Positions 56,063 through 64,000 of a stretch of 64,000 nt of DNA are shown one piece after another; the first letter of the stretch is position 1, and every line of letters begins with the position of its first letter. The DNA comes from Escherichia phage KIT06: sequence record OQ349392.1. One strand, given 5' to 3'. The notes beneath the pieces are model-generated. The model made no database searches. It was not told the origin of the DNA and was given only the letters and a program-made list of their open reading frames with translations. Position numbers and translations under genes: made by a program.

Positions 56063-57378
56063 CATTTGATGATTTGACAGAAGGCCAGAAAAATGCCTTT
56101 AACATCGTTATGAGGGCTATTAAAGAAAAGAAACATCATGTAACTATTAATGGACCTGCTGGTACTGGTAAGACTACTCTTACTAAGTTCATCATTGAAG
56201 CCTTAATATCTACAGGCGAAACTGGCATTATTTTAGCAGCTCCTACTCATGCAGCTAAAAAGATTCTTTCAAAACTGTCAGGGAAAGAAGCGAGTACTAT
56301 TCACAGTATTCTTAAAATTAACCCAGTAACATACGAAGAAAACGTTCTTTTTGAGCAAAAAGAAGTACCGGATTTGGCTAAATGCAGAGTACTAATCTGC
56401 GACGAAGTGTCAATGTATGATAGAAAGCTATTTAAAATTCTGCTTTCAACTATTCCACCTTGGTGTACTATAATTGGAATAGGCGATAATAAGCAAATTA
56501 GACCTGTTGACCCAGGAGAAAATACTGCTTATATCAGTCCATTCTTTACGCACAAAGACTTTTATCAGTGTGAACTCACTGAAGTTAAACGCAGTAATGC
56601 TCCTATTATTGATGTAGCTACTGATGTTCGTAACGGTAAGTGGATTTATGATAAAATTGTTGACGGACATGGAGTACGTGGATTTACTGGTGATACCGCT
56701 TTACGCGATTTTATGGTAAATTATTTTTCAATCGTCAAATCACTAGATGATTTGTTTGAAAATCGCGTAATGGCATTTACGAATAAATCTGTTGATAAGT
56801 TAAATAGCATTATTCGCAAAAAGATTTTTGAAACCGATAAAGATTTTATCGTTGGTGAAATTATTGTAATGCAGGAACCATTAATTAAAACATATAAAAT
56901 TGATGGAAAGCCTGTGTCAGAAATTATTTTTAATAACGGGCAATTAGTTCGTATTATAGAAGCAGAATATACATCAACATTTGTTAAAGCTCGTGGTGTT
57001 CCTGGAGAATATCTAATTCGTCATTGGGATTTAACAGTAGAAACTTACGGCGATGATGAATATTATCGTGAAAAGATTAAAATAATTTCATCTGATGAAG
57101 AGCTGTATAAGTTTAACTTATTTTTAGGTAAAACTGCAGAAACTTACAAAAATTGGAATAAAGGCGGAAAGGCTCCATGGAGTGATTTTTGGGATGCTAA
57201 ATCACAGTTTAGTAAAGTGAAAGCACTTCCTGCATCAACATTCCACAAAGCTCAGGGCATGTCTGTAGATCGTGCTTTCATCTATACACCTTGTATTCAT
57301 TATGCAGATGCTGAACTAGCTCAGCAGCTTCTTTATGTTGGTGTAACACGTGGTCGTTATGATGTGTTTTATGTATGA
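56059..57378 (+). CDS. dda: DNA helicase Dda (SF1B)
   Basis: 439 aa as in T4 Dda; Walker A GPAGTGKTT, Walker B ICDEVSM. Confidence 0.95.
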   Translation: MTFDDLTEGQKNAFNIVMRAIKEKKHHVTINGPAGTGKTTLTKFIIEALISTGETGIILAAPTHAAKKILSKLSGKEASTIHSILKINPVTYEENVLFEQKEVPDLAKCRVLICDEVSMYDRKLFKILLSTIPPWCTIIGIGDNKQIRPVDPGENTAYISPFFTHKDFYQCELTEVKRSNAPIIDVATDVRNGKWIYDKIVDGHGVRGFTGDTALRDFMVNYFSIVKSLDDLFENRVMAFTNKSVDKLNSIIRKKIFETDKDFIVGEIIVMQEPLIKTYKIDGKPVSEIIFNNGQLVRIIEAEYTSTFVKARGVPGEYLIRHWDLTVETYGDDEYYREKIKIISSDEELYKFNLFLGKTAETYKNWNKGGKAPWSDFWDAKSQFSKVKALPASTFHKAQGMSVDRAFIYTPCIHYADAELAQQLLYVGVTRGRYDVFYV

Positions 57379-57399
57379 TTAAATTTGAGGAAGCTATTC

Positions 57400-57645
57400 G
57401 TGGAAATAACTAAAGACCAGTTTTATCTGCTTCAAGATAAAGTAAGCGAAATTTATGAAATAGCTTATAGTAAAAATCGTAAAAACGTGAAAATTGAATC
57501 AGGCAAGTTAATGCTTCAATTGGAAGAAATTGAACGAGATTTGATTGCGTTAGAATTCTTTTGTGGTGAAGTGAAAACTGTTACAATCAGTGATTACGTT
57601 TTAGGTGAAATTAGCCATCTTTATAAGGCGGTTATTAATGATTGA
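57400..57645 (+). CDS. hypothetical protein (dexA.2 position), probable GTG start
   Basis: ORF track 57385..57645 begins TTG; GTG 57400 has GAGG 9 nt upstream; paralog of next gene. Confidence 0.4.
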   Translation: MEITKDQFYLLQDKVSEIYEIAYSKNRKNVKIESGKLMLQLEEIERDLIALEFFCGEVKTVTISDYVLGEISHLYKAVIND

Positions 57646-57880
57646 ATTAAGTTTGCATCAGTTTAAATCTCTTATGACAAATGTTAAAGCTGTCATTCAA
57701 GAAAATTCAGGACCTGATAATGTTACTATTCGCGAAAAAGCTTTAAAGATAGTATACAGTCTTGAAGAGATACAAAAAGATATTGAATCTATGGCAAAAT
57801 TTATTGATGAGCCCATTAATAAAGTTTATATCCAGGATTATACTGTAGGTCAAATTCGCGATTTAGCGAGGAAAATTTAA
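57638..57880 (+). CDS. hypothetical protein (dexA.1 position)
   Basis: 80 aa from ATG 57638; shares LEEI..D...Y.QDY.VGQI pattern with upstream gene. Confidence 0.45.
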   Translation: MIELSLHQFKSLMTNVKAVIQENSGPDNVTIREKALKIVYSLEEIQKDIESMAKFIDEPINKVYIQDYTVGQIRDLARKI

Positions 57881-58563
57881 TGTTTGATTTTATTATAGAT
57901 TTTGAAACAATGGGAAGCGGTGAAAAAGCAGCTGTTATTGACTTAGCTGTTATTGCCTTTGACCCTAACCCAGAAGTAGTTGAATCCTTTGATGAATTAG
58001 TTTCACGCGGCATTAAAATCAAGTTTGATTTAAAAAGCCAAAAAGGACATCGTCTTTTTACTAAAAGCACTATCGAATGGTGGAAAAATCAATCTCCTGA
58101 AGCTCGAAAAAATATTGCACCATCAGATGAAGATGTAAGCACTATCGATGGTATTGCAAAATTTAATGATTACATCAATGCACATAACATCGATCCTTGG
58201 AAATCTCAAGGCTGGTGCCGTGGAATGTCATTTGATTTTCCAATTTTAGTCGATCTCATTCGCGATATTCAGCGTCTCAACGGCGTTTCTGAGAATGAAC
58301 TTGACACATTTAAGTTAGAACCATGTAAATTCTGGAATCAACGTGATATTCGTACCAGAATTGAAGCACTTCTGCTTGTTCGTGATATGACCACGTGTCC
58401 TCTTCCAAAGGGAACTTTAGATGGATTCGTTGCACATGATTCTATTCATGACTGTGCGAAAGACATCTTGATGATGAAGTATGCTTTGCGATATGCTATG
58501 GGTCTTGAAGACGCTCCGTCAGAGGAAGAGTGCGATCCTCTATCTCTTCCAACAAAACGATAA
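57880..58563 (+). CDS. dexA: exonuclease A (DEDDh 3'-5' exonuclease)
   Basis: 227 aa as in T4 DexA; MFDFIIDFETMG exo motif I. Confidence 0.92.
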   Translation: MFDFIIDFETMGSGEKAAVIDLAVIAFDPNPEVVESFDELVSRGIKIKFDLKSQKGHRLFTKSTIEWWKNQSPEARKNIAPSDEDVSTIDGIAKFNDYINAHNIDPWKSQGWCRGMSFDFPILVDLIRDIQRLNGVSENELDTFKLEPCKFWNQRDIRTRIEALLLVRDMTTCPLPKGTLDGFVAHDSIHDCAKDILMMKYALRYAMGLEDAPSEEECDPLSLPTKR

Positions 58564-58569
58564 AAAGTT

Positions 58570-58599
58570 GTTTACTTCCTCGGTTAGTTGTGGTATTAT
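58570..58599 (+). promoter_or_regulatory. T4 early promoter
   Basis: GTTTAC 58570-58575, TGGTATTAT with -10 at 58594-58599. Confidence 0.6.
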
Positions 58600-58626
58600 A
58601 ACACCATAGCTACTGAGGATAATAAA

Positions 58627-59127
58627 ATGAAAATTTATCGTGTTGAATCATCGTTTAGTATTCTTGATTATGAAGATGCTATAACAATACGTCGAAATCT
58701 TTGTGTTCAAATAACGCCGTACAGGAGTATAATAGATTCATGGAGCGAAGAGTGGTTATTACACGTAGGTTATGACAGACCTAATTTTATGCATCATAGC
58801 GATAATAATAAAAGAATTCCTTTACCACACGAAGATAAACTATTAGTTAAAAACACTAATATAGTAATTAATACTAAGTTCAAGAAAGATTATGTTGGAG
58901 TAGAATATCATATTCCAGGATGGTTTATAGCTCTTTATCATTTTGCTTTCGCTAGTGAATATGATATGATGAGATGGTTCACACGAGAAGAGCGGGAAGA
59001 ATTATCTTCTAAAGGATTTTATCTCGCTGTATACGAAGTTCCTGAAGATGAAGTTATCATTGGCGGGCACCAAGTAATGTTCCGCAAATCGCATGCTGAA
59101 CTCATAGATTTTATTGAAATGAGATAA
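58627..59127 (+). CDS. hypothetical protein (motB position)
   Basis: 166 aa from ATG 58627 with SD GAGGATAA; size/position similar to T4 MotB, not verified. Confidence 0.45.
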   Translation: MKIYRVESSFSILDYEDAITIRRNLCVQITPYRSIIDSWSEEWLLHVGYDRPNFMHHSDNNKRIPLPHEDKLLVKNTNIVINTKFKKDYVGVEYHIPGWFIALYHFAFASEYDMMRWFTREEREELSSKGFYLAVYEVPEDEVIIGGHQVMFRKSHAELIDFIEMR

Positions 59128-59129
59128 TT

Positions 59130-59672
59130 ATGAAATTTAATTATAATCCTGAATACATACCAAATCCGGTAGCTAAACTGATTGATTTTGATGTTGTAAG
59201 CACTTATGTATGCCCTGTTAAACCACTGGAAATTAAGGAACCTACTATGACTACCGCTATTGAAATCGGCAAAACCTACAAACTGGTTGAACCTGAAATT
59301 AAAACCAATGCCTTGATTTCCGGCTATAAAACTTTGACTGATGTTTTTGGCGAAGGCGAATTTACCGTTGAAGACTTTGAAAAAAGTAAATGGTTTACTA
59401 AATCTTATATTGTCCACGGTCGTCGTTTAGACAATAACAAAATAGAGAAAATCCTGGTTTATGAAGCAGAGTTCATCCTGTTCCAAGAAGTTGAAGAACA
59501 AGACCCTACCGACCTTCTAACTCGTGCAGTAGCTATCAAGACTCCATTTATTTCGGTCTGTGGTTGGGTAACAGACCAATGGATTGAAGATGGCGTTGAA
59601 CTTCTGAACGTTGTTCATGCAGGTGATTTTAGCGTAGTACCTCGTAGTGCAGTGGTAGCTATTTTGAATTAA
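59130..59672 (+). CDS. hypothetical protein, paralog of 59749..60240
   Basis: 180 aa; C-terminus VTDQWIEDGVELLNVVHAGDFSVVP shared with downstream gene. Confidence 0.5.
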   Translation: MKFNYNPEYIPNPVAKLIDFDVVSTYVCPVKPLEIKEPTMTTAIEIGKTYKLVEPEIKTNALISGYKTLTDVFGEGEFTVEDFEKSKWFTKSYIVHGRRLDNNKIEKILVYEAEFILFQEVEEQDPTDLLTRAVAIKTPFISVCGWVTDQWIEDGVELLNVVHAGDFSVVPRSAVVAILN

Positions 59673-59674
59673 TA

Positions 59675-59704
59675 GTTTACAAACTCTTGGGACCAGAGTA
59701 TAAT
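59675..59704 (+). promoter_or_regulatory. T4 early promoter with flanking inverted repeat
   Basis: GTTTAC 59675-59680, GAGTATAAT with TATAAT 59699-59704; inverted repeat GGGACCA (59689-59695) / TGGTCCC (59704-59710). Confidence 0.6.
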
Positions 59705-59748
59705 GGTCCCGCGGAGTATAAAATCTTTTTAACAAGTGAGAGATAACT

Positions 59749-60240
59749 ATGATTATTAATATTGGTGAAATTGCTCGTGTATCTGATAAATCCCGTTCTA
59801 AAGCAGCAGGAAAATTGGTCGAAATTGTAAGCATTCAGCTTAAACATGGTGTTAAAGATGAAGATTCTGAAGTAAAAGTGCGTATCATTCCTAAAGATGG
59901 AAAGTCTAAACCTCAGTTTGGCTATGTTCGTGCGAAATTTCTTGAATCTGCGTTTTTGAAAGCTGTTCCTGCTAAAGGAATTGAAACAATTGATACTTCG
60001 CATGTAGGTGTAGACTTTAAGTGGAAACTCGGTCAGGCTATTAAGTTCGTTGCTCCTTGTGAATTCGAATTTACCGAAGGTGAGGAAGGGGTTGTTCACC
60101 GTACCCGCGCTATGTGTGCATACATTACCGATCAATGGGTAGAAGATGGCGTTAAGTTGTACAACGCAGTATTTTTAGGAACATACAAAGTCATTCCCGA
60201 AAGTTGGATTAAACACTATAGCAAAGCCCGCTATGCATAA
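59749..60240 (+). CDS. hypothetical protein, paralog of 59130..59672
   Basis: 163 aa; SD GAGAGA; C-terminus ITDQWVEDGVKLYNAVFLGTYKVIP. Confidence 0.5.
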   Translation: MIINIGEIARVSDKSRSKAAGKLVEIVSIQLKHGVKDEDSEVKVRIIPKDGKSKPQFGYVRAKFLESAFLKAVPAKGIETIDTSHVGVDFKWKLGQAIKFVAPCEFEFTEGEEGVVHRTRAMCAYITDQWVEDGVKLYNAVFLGTYKVIPESWIKHYSKARYA

Positions 60241-60270
60241 AATTTAAATTTTTTTCATAAAACTATATAC

Positions 60271-60313
60271 ATCAGTAGTTGATTATGGTACTATATCAAT
60301 ATCAACTACTGAT
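60271..60313 (+). repeat. 13-bp perfect inverted repeat around a -10-like element (promoter stem-loop)
   Basis: ATCAGTAGTTGAT (60271-60283) and ATCAACTACTGAT (60301-60313) flank TATGGTACTATATCAAT; no GTTTAC -35 upstream. Confidence 0.6.
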
Positions 60314-60337
60314 ACAGAAAACAACTTGGAGAATAAA

Positions 60338-60607
60338 ATGGAAAACTTAATTATCATCGAACAATCTTTCAACGATTATGGTATGGCTTACGGTTATCGT
60401 GCGATAATGGAAGATTCTCGTGGATGTGTTATCGATATTGCTGAATGTAAAGATTTACTGCAGCTTTTGAAGACTGTTCGCAAAAATTGGGATTGTGAAA
60501 ACATTAAAGTTCGTGTTGTAACGGAAGAAAAAACTGTTTTTCATGATGTAAAATTTGCCAAAGGTGCTGCTACTCTTCTGAAACGCATCGCTCCACTGTT
60601 CAATTAA
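60338..60607 (+). CDS. hypothetical protein
   Basis: 89 aa from ATG 60338 with leader GGAGAATAAAATG shared with other cassettes. Confidence 0.5.
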   Translation: MENLIIIEQSFNDYGMAYGYRAIMEDSRGCVIDIAECKDLLQLLKTVRKNWDCENIKVRVVTEEKTVFHDVKFAKGAATLLKRIAPLFN

Positions 60608-60620
60608 TGAGGAAATTGTA

Positions 60621-60836
60621 ATGAAACGTAAAATTGTTCAGAACTGCACTAATGACGAATTTGAAGATGTATTATTCGATCCAGATTTGGTAGTAGTTCA
60701 AAAGGAACACACCATTAAGTTTACTCACTTGACTTCGGTTTATGTTTATGAAAAGGTTGGTGATAAACAGCCAATTTACGGTGTATTTCGTGAAATTACT
60801 GAAGATGGCACAACTTACTGGAAGGAAATTTATTAA
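60621..60836 (+). CDS. hypothetical protein
   Basis: 71-aa ORF, SD GAGGAAA. Confidence 0.5.
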   Translation: MKRKIVQNCTNDEFEDVLFDPDLVVVQKEHTIKFTHLTSVYVYEKVGDKQPIYGVFREITEDGTTYWKEIY

Positions 60837-61240
60837 TGGCTATTAAATTTGAAGTTAATAAATGGTATCAATTTAAAAATAAACAAGCTCAAGAAAATTT
60901 TATTAAAGACCATACTGATAACGGAATCTATGCACGACGTTTAGGTATGGAACCTTTTAAAATTTTAGATGCTGATTATCTTGGGCGTCCTACTAAAATT
61001 GTGACATCCACAGGTGTACTCAAACGTTGTGCCGGCGCTGATATCCTTGACGAAAACTTTATCTGGCTCTCTACTAACGAAGCTGGGTTCTTTGATGAAG
61101 TGGAAAATCCATACCAAGCTTCTGAAGAGCAAGAACAAATAGAAGATTTCACAGAATTCCCTGTCATGAAAGTTACTATTGAAAATAATGAACAGGCATG
61201 GTCTTTGTATCAGATGTTGAAAGCACACTTTAAGGAATAA
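60836..61240 (+). CDS. hypothetical protein
   Basis: 134-aa ORF, TAATGG overlap. Confidence 0.5.
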   Translation: MAIKFEVNKWYQFKNKQAQENFIKDHTDNGIYARRLGMEPFKILDADYLGRPTKIVTSTGVLKRCAGADILDENFIWLSTNEAGFFDEVENPYQASEEQEQIEDFTEFPVMKVTIENNEQAWSLYQMLKAHFKE

Positions 61241-61242
61241 TT

Positions 61243-61419
61243 ATGCCAATGTATGATTATAAATGCCAATCCGAAGATTGTGGGCATGAATATGAAAAAA
61301 TTAAAAAGATTTCTGAACGAGAAAATGATGTTTGCCCTAAATGTCATCGTTTGTCTACTCGTCGGCCTTCTGCTCCTAAGCATGTGAATGGCGGATTTTA
61401 CGACTTACTTAAAGGGTGA
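61243..61419 (+). CDS. small zinc-ribbon protein (FmdB-like)
   Basis: 58 aa below track threshold; MPMYDYKCQSEDCGHEYE...CPKCH two CxxC pairs; SD AAGGAA. Confidence 0.45.
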   Translation: MPMYDYKCQSEDCGHEYEKIKKISERENDVCPKCHRLSTRRPSAPKHVNGGFYDLLKG

Positions 61420-61421
61420 TT

Positions 61422-61793
61422 ATGTTTAAAATCGGTAAGAAATATCGTGTTCGCGAAGGTGAAGAAAAGAAATATCTACTTTCTTCTATTTATAGGAATG
61501 GTTCTATTAATGCCGTAATATCTACAAGTGAATTTATCGTTGAAGATATGAAAGGTAATAATGTTACAATGATTAGTACAGCATCTGGAAATGATGGAAA
61601 AATTCTTCATAGTTTTCAGGGTAATGTTCTAATTTATGATGAAGAATTTGACTTCTTCGAAGAAGTTACAGAAGATTTTGATTTTGAATGCACTATCACT
61701 ATGAAATCTGGTGACCCTCTTTCTTTTACAGTTAAAGATGAAAGAAGTCGCTTGAGAATTATTAGTCTCCTTCAAGCCATTAAATTTAAGTGA
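61422..61793 (+). CDS. hypothetical protein
   Basis: 123 aa from ATG 61422 (track start 61416 is GTG). Confidence 0.5.
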   Translation: MFKIGKKYRVREGEEKKYLLSSIYRNGSINAVISTSEFIVEDMKGNNVTMISTASGNDGKILHSFQGNVLIYDEEFDFFEEVTEDFDFECTITMKSGDPLSFTVKDERSRLRIISLLQAIKFK

Positions 61794-62059
61794 AAATTAT
61801 GAAATATGTTAATCGTTCTATCGCAGCATTAGTATTAGCAGTATCTTTAGTAGGATGTACTGATGCTGATAATGCAACCAAAGTTTTGTCTTCAAGTGGT
61901 TTTACTAATATTGAAATCACTGGATATAATTGGTTCGGTTGCTCTGAAAATGATTTCCAGCATACTGGATTTCGTGCTATTGGACCTACCGGGCAGAAAG
62001 TAGAAGGAACAGTATGTTCTGGTCTATTCTTCAAGGATTCGACTATCCGTTTTAAATAA
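61790..62059 (+). CDS. lipoprotein
   Basis: 89 aa; signal peptide with lipobox LVGC. Confidence 0.55.
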   Translation: MKIMKYVNRSIAALVLAVSLVGCTDADNATKVLSSSGFTNIEITGYNWFGCSENDFQHTGFRAIGPTGQKVEGTVCSGLFFKDSTIRFK

Positions 62060-62083
62060 AAGGCCTTCGGGCCTTTAGCTTTA
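62060..62083 (+). terminator. rho-independent terminator (UUCG tetraloop)
   Basis: AGGCC TTCG GGCCT followed by TTAGCTTTAT. Confidence 0.65.
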
Positions 62084-62128
62084 TGATTACCGGAGTATAA
62101 TATTCCCGAAACCAAACGAGGATAAGTG

Positions 62129-63946
62129 ATGATTAAGAATGAAATTAAAATTCTGAGCGATATTGAACATATCAAAAAGCGTAGCGGCATGTATATTGGC
62201 TCTTCTGCTAATGAAATGCATGAGCGCTTTCTGTTTGGTAAATGGGAAAGTGTTCAGTATGTACCTGGTCTTGTTAAGCTTATTGATGAAATTATCGATA
62301 ACTCAGTAGATGAAGGTATTCGTACTAAGTTTAAATTCGCAAATAAAATTAATGTTACTATCAAAAACAATCAAGTAACAGTTGAAGATAACGGTCGTGG
62401 TATTCCACAAGCGATGGTTAAAACACCTACTGGTGAAGAAATTCCTGGTCCTGTTGCTGCCTGGACTATTCCAAAAGCAGGTGGTAACTTTGGTGATGAT
62501 AAAGAACGCGTCACTGGCGGTATGAACGGTGTTGGTTCTAGTTTAACTAACATTTTTTCTGTGATGTTTGTCGGTGAAACTGGCGATGGTCAAAATAATA
62601 TTGTAGTTCGTTGTTCAAATGGCATGGAAAATAAATCATGGGAAACTATTCCTGGAAAATGGAAAGGAACACGTGTTACTTTCATTCCTGATTTTATGTC
62701 ATTTGAAACTAATGAGCTATCTCAAGTTTATCTTGACATTACACTAGATCGTCTCCAGACACTTGCAGTAGTTTATCCTGATATTCAATTTACCTTTAAT
62801 GGTAAAAAGGTTCAGGGTAATTTTAAGAAATATGCACGCCAATATGATGAACATGCTATCGTTCAAGAACAAGAAAATTGTTCTATTGCGGTTGGTCGTT
62901 CACCTGATGGTTTTCGTCAATTAACATACGTCAATAACATTCATACTAAGAATGGTGGCCATCATATTGACTGTGTTATGGATGATATTTGTGAAGACCT
63001 TATTCCACAAATCAAACGTAAGTTCAAAATTGATGTAACTAAAGCACGCGTTAAAGAATGTTTGACTATCGTTATGTTTGTTCGTGATATGAAAAACATG
63101 CGATTTGATTCTCAGACTAAAGAGCGTTTGACTTCTCCATTTGGTGAAATTCGTAGTCATATTCAGCTTGATGCTAAAAAGATTTCACGTGCTATTTTAA
63201 ATAATGAAGCAATTTTAATGCCAATTATTGAAGCTGCCTTGGCTCGTAAATTGGCGGCAGAAAAAGCAGCAGAAACTAAAGCAGCTAAAAAGGCTTCTAA
63301 AGCTAAGGTTCATAAACATATTAAAGCGAATCTTTGCGGTAAAGATGCTGACACTACTCTTTTCTTGACTGAGGGTGATTCTGCTATTGGATATCTTATT
63401 GATGTTCGTGATAAAGAACTTCATGGTGGTTATCCATTGCGTGGTAAAGTTCTTAACAGTTGGGGTATGTCATATGCTGATATGCTTAAAAACAAAGAAC
63501 TGTTTGATATTTGCGCAATCACTGGATTAGTTCTTGGTGAAAAAGCCGAAAACTTGAATTATCATAATATTGCTATTATGACCGATGCTGACCATGATGG
63601 TCTAGGAAGCATTTATCCTTCTTTGCTCGGATTTTTTAGTAATTGGCCAGAACTGTTTGAACAAGGAAGAATTCGCTTTGTTAAAACTCCTGTAATCATC
63701 GCTCAGGTCGGTAAAAAACAAGAATGGTTTTATACAGTCGCTGAATATGAGAGTGCTAAAGATGCTCTACCTAAACATAGCATCCGTTATATTAAGGGAC
63801 TTGGCTCTTTGGAAAAATCTGAATATCGTGAGATGATTCAAAATCCAGTATATGATGTTGTTAAACTTCCTGAGAACTGGAAAGAGCTTTTTGAAATGCT
63901 CATGGGAGATAATGCTGACCTTCGCAAAGAATGGATGAGCCAGTAG
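62129..63946 (+). CDS. 39: DNA topoisomerase II large (ATPase) subunit gp39, unsplit form
   Basis: 605 aa from ATG 62129; GyrB-like ATPase motifs (EHIKKRSGMYIGS, DNGRGIP) and TOPRIM region in one ORF; no gene-60 split. Confidence 0.93.
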   Translation: MIKNEIKILSDIEHIKKRSGMYIGSSANEMHERFLFGKWESVQYVPGLVKLIDEIIDNSVDEGIRTKFKFANKINVTIKNNQVTVEDNGRGIPQAMVKTPTGEEIPGPVAAWTIPKAGGNFGDDKERVTGGMNGVGSSLTNIFSVMFVGETGDGQNNIVVRCSNGMENKSWETIPGKWKGTRVTFIPDFMSFETNELSQVYLDITLDRLQTLAVVYPDIQFTFNGKKVQGNFKKYARQYDEHAIVQEQENCSIAVGRSPDGFRQLTYVNNIHTKNGGHHIDCVMDDICEDLIPQIKRKFKIDVTKARVKECLTIVMFVRDMKNMRFDSQTKERLTSPFGEIRSHIQLDAKKISRAILNNEAILMPIIEAALARKLAAEKAAETKAAKKASKAKVHKHIKANLCGKDADTTLFLTEGDSAIGYLIDVRDKELHGGYPLRGKVLNSWGMSYADMLKNKELFDICAITGLVLGEKAENLNYHNIAIMTDADHDGLGSIYPSLLGFFSNWPELFEQGRIRFVKTPVIIAQVGKKQEWFYTVAEYESAKDALPKHSIRYIKGLGSLEKSEYREMIQNPVYDVVKLPENWKELFEMLMGDNADLRKEWMSQ

Positions 63947-63975
63947 TTTACTTTACCACAAGGATGTGGTAAAAT
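63946..63975 (+). promoter_or_regulatory. T4 early promoter (near-duplicate of 17829-17858)
   Basis: GTTTAC 63946-63951, ACAAGGATGTGGTAAAAT; differs from the 17829 promoter at two positions. Confidence 0.6.
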
Positions 63976-64000
63976 TAATTGGGCAAATGAGGATATTGAA

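Overview
This window is a T4-like (T-even, Tevenvirinae) phage genome segment, read in the direction of early transcription, so almost every gene is on the + strand. It runs from the e.x genes upstream of lysozyme through to topoisomerase gene 39. Recognised genes in order: nudE, e, ipII, ipIII, regB, tk, rI, nrdC, 49, nrdD, nrdG, 55, alpha-gt, 47, 46, rpbA, 45, 44, 62, regA, 43, imm, 42, uvsX, 40, 41, dmd, sp, 61, 56, soc, modB, modA, dda, dexA, 39. Proteins are close to T4 but not identical. The phage looks T2/T6-like rather than T4: gene 39 is unsplit (605 aa), nrdD has no intron, a GT-A-type glycosyltransferase sits where T4 has beta-gt, and no dam/69 is seen between 61 and 56. Between the core genes lie many small ORFs, two free-standing GIY-YIG homing endonucleases, T4 early promoters (GTTTAC -35 with TGGTATAAT-like -10), several embedded in inverted repeats, and UUCG-tetraloop terminators. 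No tRNA, rRNA or CRISPR was found. The most unusual candidates are a 54-aa ORF with a capsid-targeting N-terminus just upstream of primase, the stem-loop promoter cassettes, an uncharacterised cluster between rI and nrdC (nucleotidyltransferase, AAA+ ATPase, four tandem coiled-coil paralogs), and a convergent minus-strand membrane ORF between 61 and 56. All identifications rest on reading the sequence and recalled knowledge of T4 proteins; no database search was run. Start codons were adjusted from the ORF track where a non-ATG start was followed by an in-frame ATG/GTG with a Shine-Dalgarno (SD) sequence.
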